From the IMG/VR virus record IMGVR_UViG_3300042199_000463, positions 11,218 through 75,217 of that record: a stretch of 64,000 nucleotides of DNA; one strand, 5' to 3'. A program made the translations under genes and the position numbers. Below are positions 1-9,290 of this stretch, one piece after another. The stretch comes from a virus (lineage: Duplodnaviria > Caudoviricetes). Positions within the stretch are counted from its first letter, which is position 1. Every line of letters begins with the position of its first letter. The notes beneath the pieces are model-generated. The model was given only the letters and a program-made list of their open reading frames with translations, was not told where the DNA came from and ran no database searches.

Positions 1-1064
1 TAGGAGTCGTCCACTACACCACCGCCTGAAACAGTTTTGTACTGTGATTTGTATTCATCAAGTATCGGCGTAACTACTTTGGACGGATGACTTGTGCGCA
101 GATTTTTTAACTGCCGGTCAAAGTCTTTGTCTGTTGCATCCTCAAGTTGTTTTAGTGCTCTAGCTGCCCCTGCGCTAGATCCGCGCAAAAGTTTTGATGC
201 CAGTACTTTTGTCCAGCCGCCTTCCGAACCCAAAAGCCCGCCGATAAGTTTTGCATCTGAGTCAGTGATAGCTCCCAGTGCGAACTTGTCTTTTGCGGAA
301 AGCTTTGCTTGCGACATTAGGTTATTGAATAAATCCAAGTCCACGCCACTTGTTGGCAGACCCTTCTGCTCTACGAATTCACGCATAGTTTTTAGGGCAG
401 ATTTGAAATTTATGAATCCCGGTATGGTTTTACCGATGTCTGATTTCGATAAAGAGTCTCTAAGTTTTTGCTGATCGATTTCAAGTTTTGCGTCGTCGCG
501 CTCTTTCTTTTGCTCTTTATTGGCTTGCGCTAAAGTTTTAGCGCTCAACGCCTTAAGCGCTGCCTGCTCTTTCATAGCCGACGCATTGAGTCTCGTTCGC
601 AAAAGATTCATCTCAGATTCGCTTAGAGCGCCGCGTGCTTTGTTAAGACCAGCTTGCAGTTGGCGGATCATCTCCATTCTGGACTGCGGAGTTTCCGAAG
701 GCTGATAGTTTTTAGCCTGATTTGTTCCGTACCAAGCATCAAGCATCGAGGCGATAGGGGATAGATCAGTTTGAATAGGGAGTTGTTTGTAGCCTTCCAA
801 AGCTTTTTGCTGCTGCGTGATGTCCTGCTGAGCAAGACCCATGTTATTTTGCTGCTGCGCCGTTAGTTGGCGGTTGAGCTCCGCTTCCTCGGCTTGTTGT
901 CTGCGGAGTTGCGCAAGGTATTCTTGTGTGGCTTGATCGTTTGGGTCAACAGGCGCAGGAGGAAATCCGCCGCCCGCAGGAGTTGATGCGTTAACGTCCT
1001 CTTGCGTAGGTACTCCCGCAATTGGTGAAAACTGTGGCATGTTATACCAAACTGTCCGAGCCAT
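1..1064 (-). CDS. Internal virion/ejection protein (module A), 3' end outside window
   Basis: Hand-translated open frame from ATG 1064 (MARTVWYNMPQFSP..., GCGGAG RBS) to the window edge; Q/A/K-rich helical; lies after two ejection-like genes. Confidence 0.7.
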   Translation of the reverse strand, partial: MARTVWYNMPQFSPIAGVPTQEDVNASTPAGGGFPPAPVDPNDQATQEYLAQLRRQQAEEAELNRQLTAQQQNNMGLAQQDITQQQKALEGYKQLPIQTDLSPIASMLDAWYGTNQAKNYQPSETPQSRMEMIRQLQAGLNKARGALSESEMNLLRTRLNASAMKEQAALKALSAKTLAQANKEQKKERDDAKLEIDQQKLRDSLSKSDIGKTIPGFINFKSALKTMREFVEQKGLPTSGVDLDLFNNLMSQAKLSAKDKFALGAITDSDAKLIGGLLGSEGGWTKVLASKLLRGSSAGAARALKQLEDATDKDFDRQLKNLRTSHPSKVVTPILDEYKSQYKTVSGGGVVDDS

Positions 1065-1076
1065 GTTCTACTCCGC

Positions 1077-1418
1077 TTAGAATTGTCCGCTAGATTGTGG
1101 AGGCCCTTGTTGCACGTAGGGGTTGCCCATGCTGCTCCAAACAGTCCGCCCACCGTCAGCTCCTCCTTGTGCAAGGAGCTGTTGCATGTAGTTGTTGTAC
1201 GCTTGGCGCTGTTGCTCATCTTGGTACATCTTCGCAGCGGCTAGGCCACCACTTGCTACCGTAGCACCAGTATCAGCCGTCAAAGTATTTGCTGGCTGCA
1301 TGCCTGTCCAAGGAGAGTACTTAGCTTTAGCTACCTCAATGGGAAGCTGCTTTTTTTCTTTCTGCTTTTGCGCTACGGCCTGCACAGCCGCCATCGCAAG
1401 TGGAATCCACGCTGCCAT
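1077..1418 (-). CDS. Small ejection/pilot protein (A)
   Basis: 113 aa, hydrophobic N-terminus MAAWIPLAMAAVQAV, G/Q-rich; AGGAG RBS. Confidence 0.6.
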   Translation of the reverse strand: MAAWIPLAMAAVQAVAQKQKEKKQLPIEVAKAKYSPWTGMQPANTLTADTGATVASGGLAAAKMYQDEQQRQAYNNYMQQLLAQGGADGGRTVWSSMGNPYVQQGPPQSSGQF

Positions 1419-1429
1419 ATTTTTCTCCT

Positions 1430-2353
1430 TTATCCTATGATGCCTGCTGGATCTGCTAGTTTAGACCAAGCTGAACGAGCTCCTGCGTTTTGTAAAGCGT
1501 CAGCAAGTTCTGCCCCTGCTTTTCTCTTCATTCCTTCGCCGTAAATGAACTGCTCGTTGGCGAGTCGCTGCTGCTCTCCGGTAAGTCTATTTCCGATGTT
1601 GAACATCTGACCTTGATTTTGTTGTCCGATGTTGAACTGCTCTAGGCCAGCCTTGTACTGTGCCGCACCGAGCTGCGCTCCGGGAAGTTGAGACAAGAAT
1701 TGATTTTTCTGTTGTTGATCTTGCAGACCGATATCCGCACGAGACAGAGCACCTTGTTGCAGCACACCTTGGCGCGCCAAAGCTTGATTTTGCATGGCCT
1801 GATTTCCAAGACGCATAGCTGCACCGCCGCGTAGACCGCCGCGTGCTGCCATGCTCGCCCTTGCTTGAGCGGCTTGATTTGCGGATAGTTGAGCTGCCGC
1901 ACCTGTGAGTGCGGACTGCTCTAGTCCTTGCTTCTGCAAAGCCATACGAGCCCAAGGACTGTCGCCTTGTTCAAGTGCGCGCGCTTTAATGGCCTCGATG
2001 CCAGACATATCTAAAGCATTTTTTCCGAGGTCAAGCTGACCTGCCGAGTAGATGTTTTGCGCATCTTGGAATGGGTCTTTGTATACTGGAGCTGTAGGCA
2101 TGGGGATGCCGCTTGCTGTATCTACTCTTGGGTCATCTTTTAGTGGCGAAGACGCTCCCGCTCTTTCACCGCCTCCTTGGATATCTCGTGCTGTCTGGCG
2201 GCCCATGTACGTCCCGCCACCTGTGACAACGTCTTCAGCACGGACTTTGTCGCCCGAACCTACTGCGCGGTTTATTCCACCACTTAAAACTGTAGAGGTA
2301 TTTTTACCGAGTGTTTTGTCCGCTTTTTTTGCAAACTTCTGAAGATAGCCCAT
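1430..2353 (-). CDS. Ejection/internal virion protein (A)
   Basis: 307 aa, A/Q/G-rich helical, downstream of the adaptor. Confidence 0.65.
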   Translation of the reverse strand: MGYLQKFAKKADKTLGKNTSTVLSGGINRAVGSGDKVRAEDVVTGGGTYMGRQTARDIQGGGERAGASSPLKDDPRVDTASGIPMPTAPVYKDPFQDAQNIYSAGQLDLGKNALDMSGIEAIKARALEQGDSPWARMALQKQGLEQSALTGAAAQLSANQAAQARASMAARGGLRGGAAMRLGNQAMQNQALARQGVLQQGALSRADIGLQDQQQKNQFLSQLPGAQLGAAQYKAGLEQFNIGQQNQGQMFNIGNRLTGEQQRLANEQFIYGEGMKRKAGAELADALQNAGARSAWSKLADPAGIIG

Positions 2354-2361
2354 GTTTTACC

Positions 2362-3054
2362 TCAGCTCATTTCGTTATAAAGGCGCATATCGGCCTCTAG
2401 TTCATTTTGGGTATCTGGGAATATGTTCGACAGTGTAGCAATCGTGTCCGCTTTTTCCATCTCCAAATCAGCGATAGCTTTTTGAAGGTTCGGATGCCCT
2501 TCCTTTTCGTAGCACCTAACCTTGGCATACTGGATCACGTAGTTCACGGCCTCAGGTATATCCATGACATCAGTTTCAGCAGAAAGGCGGTTTGCATTCC
2601 TGAGATACCAAACCTTGAGATATGCGCCGTTTTCCAAAGGAGTAGGAGCTAAAAGAATTTTTGGCGAGCCTGCCGTAGAGTTTACGAGCATGTATCCGTA
2701 CAAAGCGTTGTAGGATGTGCCAGCTTTTAGGAGCTCGTACTCTTCAAATTTTCTCCAATCCTTGACACGCTGAAGCTGATAAACCGTGGTCCCATTTCTG
2801 TATATGATGCCGCGAATTTTCATGGCATACACATCAGTCGGGAAAGAATACTCCTCTTGTCCGCTCACTAGGCTGATCGTTGTGCGAGTGATAAAGTAGT
2901 CTTCGTTCAGAGTGTGAATTTGGCGCTCTACTTCGTCGATAGCTTCGTTGATGTAGGAGTCAAGTTCGGCTTGATTAATGAACGTCTCGCCTTCAAGATC
3001 CAAATCTCTTTGAATCTTGTCTCTAATTTCTAGGAGCGTCCAGTAAGTGCTCAT
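2362..3054 (-). CDS. Head-tail adaptor (P22 gp4/T7 gp11-like), copy A
   Basis: 230 aa; N-terminal helical pattern LLEIRDKIQRDLD...ELDSYINEAIDE...NEDYF; YLRNANRL motif; next to the nozzle. Confidence 0.7.
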   Translation of the reverse strand: MSTYWTLLEIRDKIQRDLDLEGETFINQAELDSYINEAIDEVERQIHTLNEDYFITRTTISLVSGQEEYSFPTDVYAMKIRGIIYRNGTTVYQLQRVKDWRKFEEYELLKAGTSYNALYGYMLVNSTAGSPKILLAPTPLENGAYLKVWYLRNANRLSAETDVMDIPEAVNYVIQYAKVRCYEKEGHPNLQKAIADLEMEKADTIATLSNIFPDTQNELEADMRLYNEMS

Positions 3055-3371
3055 TAGTTTTCCTCGTATCTTCCTACGAATGCACGAATTGTCGTCGCAC
3101 CCGAAGTTGTAAAATCTAGGTTTGTTCTATCAAAATTAGCATAATTCCATGTCAAAGTAACGGCTGGGCTTACGTGCAAAGTGATGATGTCTTTTGGTAC
3201 AAACGAAAGATTGTGTTTGTGTTTGTAGTTTGTAACCGCCCCGTTGACGGAGATCTCAAAAAACTTAAACTGCCCCTTCTCAAAAGGACTCGCGTTGATG
3301 TTATCTTGCAGGCGCTTAAAATTCTCCTGCTCAAACTCCCCTTCAATCTCTTTTCTGAAAAGAGAAATCAT
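3054..3371 (-). CDS. Small tail-associated protein
   Basis: 105 aa, translationally coupled between nozzle and adaptor. Confidence 0.5.
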   Translation of the reverse strand: MISLFRKEIEGEFEQENFKRLQDNINASPFEKGQFKFFEISVNGAVTNYKHKHNLSFVPKDIITLHVSPAVTLTWNYANFDRTNLDFTTSGATTIRAFVGRYEEN

Positions 3372-5650
3372 CCGGCACCTACTTCACCGGTACCGGCGGT
3401 CTTAAACACGTTTTGAGTCTGTCCGTATATTTCATAATCAATCGCGTATGCGATGAGATTCAAGACTTCGTTCTTTGGTATGCCGCGCACTACCCACTTT
3501 TGATCAAGCGCGGATGCGGATGCTCCGGACGGATCATCGTATGTTAGGACATCATTTGTGCGGGCTGTAATCAAGTACTCACGCACGTAGTTGTCGGCCT
3601 CAAATGAGATGTAGTAGTCGACAGCATTGCTTGGCCAATCCTTGGTTGCAGCTTCGTCCAATGTCGCAGTCTTTGCTACGGCGTCGATGTCCACTGTGCC
3701 GAGTAGATCGGAGCTCACTATAGCAACCATCGCATTTGTTAGCCGCACCTGCTTATAATTACACCGCAGGTTTTCAGCAGGGAATCTGCGAAGCTCATCG
3801 ATGAGCCCCTGCTTATTCCACTCAAACGAGATGTCGCCCCAGTAAATGTCGGGGTCTCCCCACGTTAAGTTACCTCTGTAACGAATGGGCAAGAGGTTAG
3901 CTTCTTTTCTGCCGTCGTCGTTGATGGACACGATTTGAAGTGACAGATTTGTACTGTCCTCGGCCACCACTGTTACACGTGGAACAAATTTCCGTACATT
4001 AGTTGTGCCGAAATTATACGCCACCGATTCAATCGTGTAGATGATTGACGTGCGTATCCAGTTTGCCACGGCGGTGCCTGTGTCAATCTTTGGGTCTGAC
4101 TTAGTCAAGGAGTTGTGCTTGAGTACATATCCTCTTCGATCACACCGAATCAAATCGCCATTTGAGTCAAACTCAATAGCAGTAGGGCTGAAAGAATCGC
4201 CGCCAGTAATAGTCGTAAAGGTAGCGTTTTCTTTGACACCATAGTTGAGATCAAGGACGTAGGCTTTGTCCGTATCCGTGATGGACTCGTGCTGCACAAC
4301 CCACCACACACGGCGTTTTCTTCTGTCGTATTTTCCTTGTACACGTCTGCGCTTGGCGGCCTGCAATGCTGCATCGGACGAAGCTGTGACAAAAGCTGCG
4401 TAAGTTTGGTCATAGTCCTCGTTCAGCTTTACGACTTGAAAACCGTTTGTAAAATATGTGCCGTCAACACCCGCCCAAAAAACGCCGTCAAATGTCTGTA
4501 CTTGCGCCTGAGCATTTAAGGCTGTGGACGTGTCCGAGATAGACTCTGCGGTGAAGTCCCCTCGTCCGAGCTCGTCAATTTCTCCGTCTAGCCTAAAACA
4601 CGAGTTTGTGTTCACAAGCACGGGATTACTTTTCGTTGACGACACACCAACGATTGTGTCGTTGATGTCGGTGTAAAAATCAGGCGGCACAGCAAAGAAA
4701 GCACCGGGTACGGATTGAAGGACACGGTTTTTTAAATTCTCCGTTCCATCCAAAATACCTGCGTAGTACGCCTTCTCGTTTGAGATGTGCACAATCGAGC
4801 ACTTTGGCGGCTGTACGAATTCTACAACGTCGCCCGTGGTGTAGAGAGTCTCGTTATTTTGAATTGAGGCGTCGGCGAAGTTGTCGTTATATGATGTGGT
4901 AGCGTTAGAGATTTCGGCGACTTTGAAAAACACTGTGCCATTACTAAGTGTGCGGTACAGAACTTTTTTGATGTTGGTCGTGTCAAAGTTTCTTGTGCCG
5001 CCGTTTGCGAGCACAGGAATAGTTGTGAAGTTAACCGATGTTGCGTTCGTGATTTCATATATGTCCGAAGTCTCGGAGTACTCTTTAAACTCAACTCCAT
5101 CCACATCCACGTAAGTGTGCTCGTGTACCCATTTATAAAGCCAATTATTGCCGCCGCCTAAGACAGGAGTCTTGGTGATCGCCGCCATCGAGATCTGCGG
5201 AAGACCTACTTCCAATATTTGCCAACTTCCACCCGTGAGCTGCACGAGCTTTTGCGGATACCATTGCCCTGAGTGTGCGAAGTAGGCTTGGTTATTCCAA
5301 ATAGAATAACTGAACACAGAGTTCGTATCTGCGGCATTGAATGCAGGATTTCCAGTAGGTCCTGTAACTTCCGGCCAGTTGGATACAGTGCTGTAGCGGT
5401 AAAGCTTGGAGCTCGACTGCACAAAAAGCTGCGTGCCCACGTAAAACGATGTGCTGATACGCTGCGCACCCGGAGGAATCTGTGGATAAGTTGTGTCTAA
5501 GATGTCAGAACCGGGGCGCGTAAACGGCTTAGCCTGACCTTGGTATTGGATGAGCAATACGTTATCAGCCACCTTCATTTTGTTTGGCGGCGCGTTAAGG
5601 TGGTAGTCTGTTACCCCACCAGAGAAATCTGTTACTTCTAAGACTTGCAC
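3368..5650 (-). CDS. Tail nozzle/tail tubular protein B (P22 gp10/T7 gp12-like), copy A
   Basis: 760 aa, beta-rich; starts with the typical DFSGG motif; beta-propeller-like; structural operon. Confidence 0.75.
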   Translation of the reverse strand: MQVLEVTDFSGGVTDYHLNAPPNKMKVADNVLLIQYQGQAKPFTRPGSDILDTTYPQIPPGAQRISTSFYVGTQLFVQSSSKLYRYSTVSNWPEVTGPTGNPAFNAADTNSVFSYSIWNNQAYFAHSGQWYPQKLVQLTGGSWQILEVGLPQISMAAITKTPVLGGGNNWLYKWVHEHTYVDVDGVEFKEYSETSDIYEITNATSVNFTTIPVLANGGTRNFDTTNIKKVLYRTLSNGTVFFKVAEISNATTSYNDNFADASIQNNETLYTTGDVVEFVQPPKCSIVHISNEKAYYAGILDGTENLKNRVLQSVPGAFFAVPPDFYTDINDTIVGVSSTKSNPVLVNTNSCFRLDGEIDELGRGDFTAESISDTSTALNAQAQVQTFDGVFWAGVDGTYFTNGFQVVKLNEDYDQTYAAFVTASSDAALQAAKRRRVQGKYDRRKRRVWWVVQHESITDTDKAYVLDLNYGVKENATFTTITGGDSFSPTAIEFDSNGDLIRCDRRGYVLKHNSLTKSDPKIDTGTAVANWIRTSIIYTIESVAYNFGTTNVRKFVPRVTVVAEDSTNLSLQIVSINDDGRKEANLLPIRYRGNLTWGDPDIYWGDISFEWNKQGLIDELRRFPAENLRCNYKQVRLTNAMVAIVSSDLLGTVDIDAVAKTATLDEAATKDWPSNAVDYYISFEADNYVREYLITARTNDVLTYDDPSGASASALDQKWVVRGIPKNEVLNLIAYAIDYEIYGQTQNVFKTAGTGEVGAG

Positions 5651-5651
5651 G

Positions 5652-6032
5652 TTAGCTCGTATAGTAAAGAGTCAAGTTCAAGGTATTGTCGTTTACATAC
5701 ACGTAAAAAGTCGTTGCTGTGACTTTCTCGATTGTCGGAAAATACTGATGCCCTGTCGTCGTATTTTTCACCTGCACAAAGTAGTCGTTGTACTGCAAAG
5801 ATCCGGGCATAGTTACCGTCTGACGGTATGTGCCGTTTCCTTGGTGTACCCATCCTGCGGCCACAATCGTTGAGGTCGTAGCCGTGACGGATGATGAAGT
5901 GATCTTCGCAGAATTCACTCCGTTGTGCGTGTGGTCGTTAAGCTGCTGGATGTCGTCTTCAAGTGCGACAAAAAATACGTCGCCCTTGTCACCAGTCTGC
6001 GGCTTTTTGAAACCGTATGTTAGTGTCTGCAT
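5652..6032 (-). CDS. Putative tail/fibre attachment protein
   Basis: 126 aa; T-rich, HTHNG motif; structural context. Confidence 0.45.
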   Translation of the reverse strand: MQTLTYGFKKPQTGDKGDVFFVALEDDIQQLNDHTHNGVNSAKITSSSVTATTSTIVAAGWVHQGNGTYRQTVTMPGSLQYNDYFVQVKNTTTGHQYFPTIEKVTATTFYVYVNDNTLNLTLYYTS

Positions 6033-6212
6033 TTACTTCTCCAAAGATACATCCCAAGCTTCCGCAACAGTGGCCACGAGTTTGTCATCAACGTTATTGT
6101 CAGTTTTCTTCGCTGCGGCTTGGCAAATGTAAACTATCATTTTTCCAACAGCCGCTTGTGTCATCAGTTTCCACAAAAGACCTGCAAGCAATTTAAGTAG
6201 AGCATTTGTCAT
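6033..6212 (-). CDS. Holin-like small membrane protein
   Basis: Likely ATG 6212 overlapping the endolysin stop; amphipathic N-terminus plus TDNNVDDKLV motif; directly after the peptidase. Confidence 0.5.
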   Translation of the reverse strand: MTNALLKLLAGLLWKLMTQAAVGKMIVYICQAAAKKTDNNVDDKLVATVAEAWDVSLEK

Positions 6213-6643
6213 TGAAAAACTCCCCATGGATAGTTTGGAAGGATGATTGAGTTTACATCTTTTCGTGAACTAATAGGACGTACTCGGACAAAAGCGTTTT
6301 GCGCTTTAGCTGCGTCTAAGGAGGTGGTTTTGGAATCTCCGCCACCGGCCTCAACCATAAACGTATCATTTAAAGCGATTCCGACATGACTTATGGGACT
6401 CCCAAAAAACACGAGCGCGCCAAACGAGGCTTTGGTTTGAATGACACCCTTCGCTTTGAAGTACTCTTTTAGTCCCGAAGCAGTCGCGTCTTGACCCTTT
6501 GACCACTGTCCGGAAGCCATCAAAAACTCGATAGCTAGTCCTGAACAATCAAAACCATCCATCGCATCATCTCCGCCCCACCTGTAAGGTGTGCCGATAA
6601 GGCGCATGAGGTAATCGTACATAATGCTTTGTGAGCCAAACAT
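6209..6643 (-). CDS. NlpC/P60 cell-wall peptidase (endolysin A)
   Basis: GTPYRWGG, GFDCSGL (catalytic Cys), SHVGI (His). Confidence 0.9.
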   Translation of the reverse strand: MFGSQSIMYDYLMRLIGTPYRWGGDDAMDGFDCSGLAIEFLMASGQWSKGQDATASGLKEYFKAKGVIQTKASFGALVFFGSPISHVGIALNDTFMVEAGGGDSKTTSLDAAKAQNAFVRVRPISSRKDVNSIILPNYPWGVFQ

Positions 6644-7575
6644 TAAAGCTCCATAATCTTAGTTACGAACATCAGGTCAACACCTGAATGAGTTTTATTC
6701 TGCGGGCAAGGTCGCCACTCAAAAAATTCTTTTAAGTGATCCGTGTATTCTAGCTCACCTTCTTGCCAAAGATACGATGCGCAATGGTTTTCTGAAGTCG
6801 GGAGCGCATCATTTGGAAAATGCGACTCATCCATTAGTAGCTTGATCGCTTTTGATTGATCGCCCGTGAACTTTCCTAGCATCGCGTGAAATAGAGCATT
6901 ATTCGGCTCTAGTTCTGTGTACGCTTTTAGTACCGCAAGTTCGTTGTCAGTGATGGCTTTGTTGACAAGGTAGTTTTGCAGGATTGTGATGACGTGAAGG
7001 TGCGCTTCAAAGTTCTGCCTAAGAATCACTAGCCCTTCGTCTGTTGCATCAATCAAAACGCCTGTGAGTTTTGGGTTTAGTGCGTCTATCATAATCTTTA
7101 GGCGGTAAATCATTGTTGGCGCGAATGCTACTCGTGACATAAGTGTCGCAAAATCTATTGCCTCGCCCATGATCCAATCATTAGCGTCACCGTAGTCGTA
7201 AATAGACTGAAGAACGTCTTGCCGCCCGTTTGAAAAAGCCCAGAGCATAAGGCCATTGAACATGTCTTTTGAAATGCTCGACTTTGAGCCATTCGGATAG
7301 CAGGATTTTGTTGGATGACGCAGCCACTTTCCGTCAGATTGTCTTGCAAGAGTTGGGTCAACAGGAAATCCGCTGAATGCTGCAATGCTGTTGAACAAGA
7401 GCGCGTCACATTCAAAATCAAGCCATCCCGATTCATCAGTATGAGATTTTGCTAACTCAACGTAGAGGTCGCGCTTTTTAATCACATCCTCAATTGAATG
7501 AGTTGTGGCTACCGCGACATGCTTAGGCTTCATGTCGCAGGAGGTGATTAGAAATGCGAGAAGAAGGAGGCGCAT
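6643..7575 (-). CDS. Lipoprotein of unknown function, copy A
   Basis: Signal peptide with lipobox LITSC; paralogue at 63162-64000. Confidence 0.7.
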   Translation of the reverse strand: MRLLLLAFLITSCDMKPKHVAVATTHSIEDVIKKRDLYVELAKSHTDESGWLDFECDALLFNSIAAFSGFPVDPTLARQSDGKWLRHPTKSCYPNGSKSSISKDMFNGLMLWAFSNGRQDVLQSIYDYGDANDWIMGEAIDFATLMSRVAFAPTMIYRLKIMIDALNPKLTGVLIDATDEGLVILRQNFEAHLHVITILQNYLVNKAITDNELAVLKAYTELEPNNALFHAMLGKFTGDQSKAIKLLMDESHFPNDALPTSENHCASYLWQEGELEYTDHLKEFFEWRPCPQNKTHSGVDLMFVTKIMEL

Positions 7576-9290
7576 TAGCTATTATTCTCTATATTTGAAA
7601 TCTTGTTTTCGAGGATTTCGACTTTAGTCAGCAGTTCTTTTATTGCTGCGGCGAGTAACGGGGTTAATTTCCCGTAATCAACAGCTAACATTGCATCAGT
7701 ATCTTCGAATTTAGAAACTGCTGACGGCCAAACCTTCAATAGTTCCTGAGCAACAAAGCCAACACCGTTTGACTGGTCTTTCTTCCAAGTCCACGTTCTC
7801 GGCTGTAAACATTTTACTAACTCTGACGCATTGTCTAGGTTATTAATGTTTTCTTTCAATCGTTCATCAGACGATGTTGCGTAATTTACCGCGCTGGTAC
7901 CGTTTCCGTGAATAGCCCCTGTCCGAGTGTTGATTCCATCGCCATCATAAAATCTGATGTATTCCGCCGCAGTAAATGTTCCCGATCCCACTAAGCCAAC
8001 ACTCAGCGCTGTCGTGGAAGTATTATCCGTTGAGTTGGAATTTCTAACATCTAGGATAGCTGTTCCATTTGTATTACTGCTTGCGGAGAATTGATTCCCT
8101 ACAACGGATGACACTAGTGCCGATCCGCTATTAGATAGTCCCGACGTTGAAATTGATGAAGAGAATGTTGCTGCGGAAGAAAATGTTTTTGCTCCAGCGA
8201 AGGTTTGCGTAGTCGTACTAACCAACCCACTCTGCGTACTAGTAGCCATCCCGAACCCGACGGCCTGGCCGCCTAAAGCTGTCTCCGTAGGTACGGCTGC
8301 CCATGTGCCTGCTGTTGTTTGTGTGCTAATCAATTTTCCGAGCAAGCGCATCGGGACGTTGCTTCGCGCTGTCGTTGAGTAAAGAGTTGTCGCACTATCC
8401 GCTGCGCCCGATCCGCCTTCGGCTGTAGTTGTTTTTAATCCAAAAGTTTCGAACAAAGTCGAAGAAACAGCTAGTTCTACAGTTCCGGAGTTATCTATAG
8501 CGTAAACAAAAATGTCAGAGGCGATTCCGCTTGCGTGCCCGAGCGTTGATCCAGACGAAACCACTACAGAGAGAGAACCGGTTACGCTTCTGGTGTTATA
8601 AGTTCCGTTTGTAGCCGTGGCGTTTCTAAATCCAATTTTTACCGGCGATCCTGCGGAAGGATCGCTTCCCGCTTTGTCTTTCAATGCAATAGTAAGCGCA
8701 CTTGATCCGACTGAGCAAGATATCGCTAAGTTCAATTGATCGGCTGACGAATCAAGCGTTGGAGTAACCGCTGCCCACGCAGGCAATCCGCCAGACACCG
8801 ACAACGCTTGCCCGTCTGTACCAATAGGCAAACGAACGTTGTCAGTGCCGTTATGGTAGCTAATGTCGCCTGTTGTCGTAGTTGGCGCAAGCGCATCAAA
8901 CGCTGCGGTTTGTGAAGTATTCCCAGTACCGCCGCGAGAAATTGGAAGCGTTCCAGTTGTGCCGCCATCAATCGGTAAACCAGTAGCGTTCGTCAGTGTT
9001 GCGCTCGAAGGTGTACCAAGCGCCGGAGTAACAAGTGTTGGCGAGGTACTAAGCACCACGTTTCCTGAACCTGTCGATGTTGTTACGCCTGTGCCGCCGT
9101 TTGCGACTGCTAAAGTTCCTGTTACGTTACTGAAATCGGCTGCTAGAAAAGTTTTCCACGCAGATCCGTTGTAGTATTTGGAAATGTTGGATGTGGTGTT
9201 GAAGTACACAAGACCTGATGCAGTGCTAGCTGGGTCAGAAGCTAAGTTTTCAAACTGTGCGGCGATTAGTTGACTGTAGATGTAGGCCAT
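7575..9290 (-). CDS. Tail fibre with C-terminal intramolecular chaperone (peptidase S74)
   Basis: T/S/G-rich repeats; C-terminal SDERLKENI...GFVAQEL...VDYGKL..LLAAAIKEL. Confidence 0.85.
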   Translation of the reverse strand: MAYIYSQLIAAQFENLASDPASTASGLVYFNTTSNISKYYNGSAWKTFLAADFSNVTGTLAVANGGTGVTTSTGSGNVVLSTSPTLVTPALGTPSSATLTNATGLPIDGGTTGTLPISRGGTGNTSQTAAFDALAPTTTTGDISYHNGTDNVRLPIGTDGQALSVSGGLPAWAAVTPTLDSSADQLNLAISCSVGSSALTIALKDKAGSDPSAGSPVKIGFRNATATNGTYNTRSVTGSLSVVVSSGSTLGHASGIASDIFVYAIDNSGTVELAVSSTLFETFGLKTTTAEGGSGAADSATTLYSTTARSNVPMRLLGKLISTQTTAGTWAAVPTETALGGQAVGFGMATSTQSGLVSTTTQTFAGAKTFSSAATFSSSISTSGLSNSGSALVSSVVGNQFSASSNTNGTAILDVRNSNSTDNTSTTALSVGLVGSGTFTAAEYIRFYDGDGINTRTGAIHGNGTSAVNYATSSDERLKENINNLDNASELVKCLQPRTWTWKKDQSNGVGFVAQELLKVWPSAVSKFEDTDAMLAVDYGKLTPLLAAAIKELLTKVEILENKISNIENNS

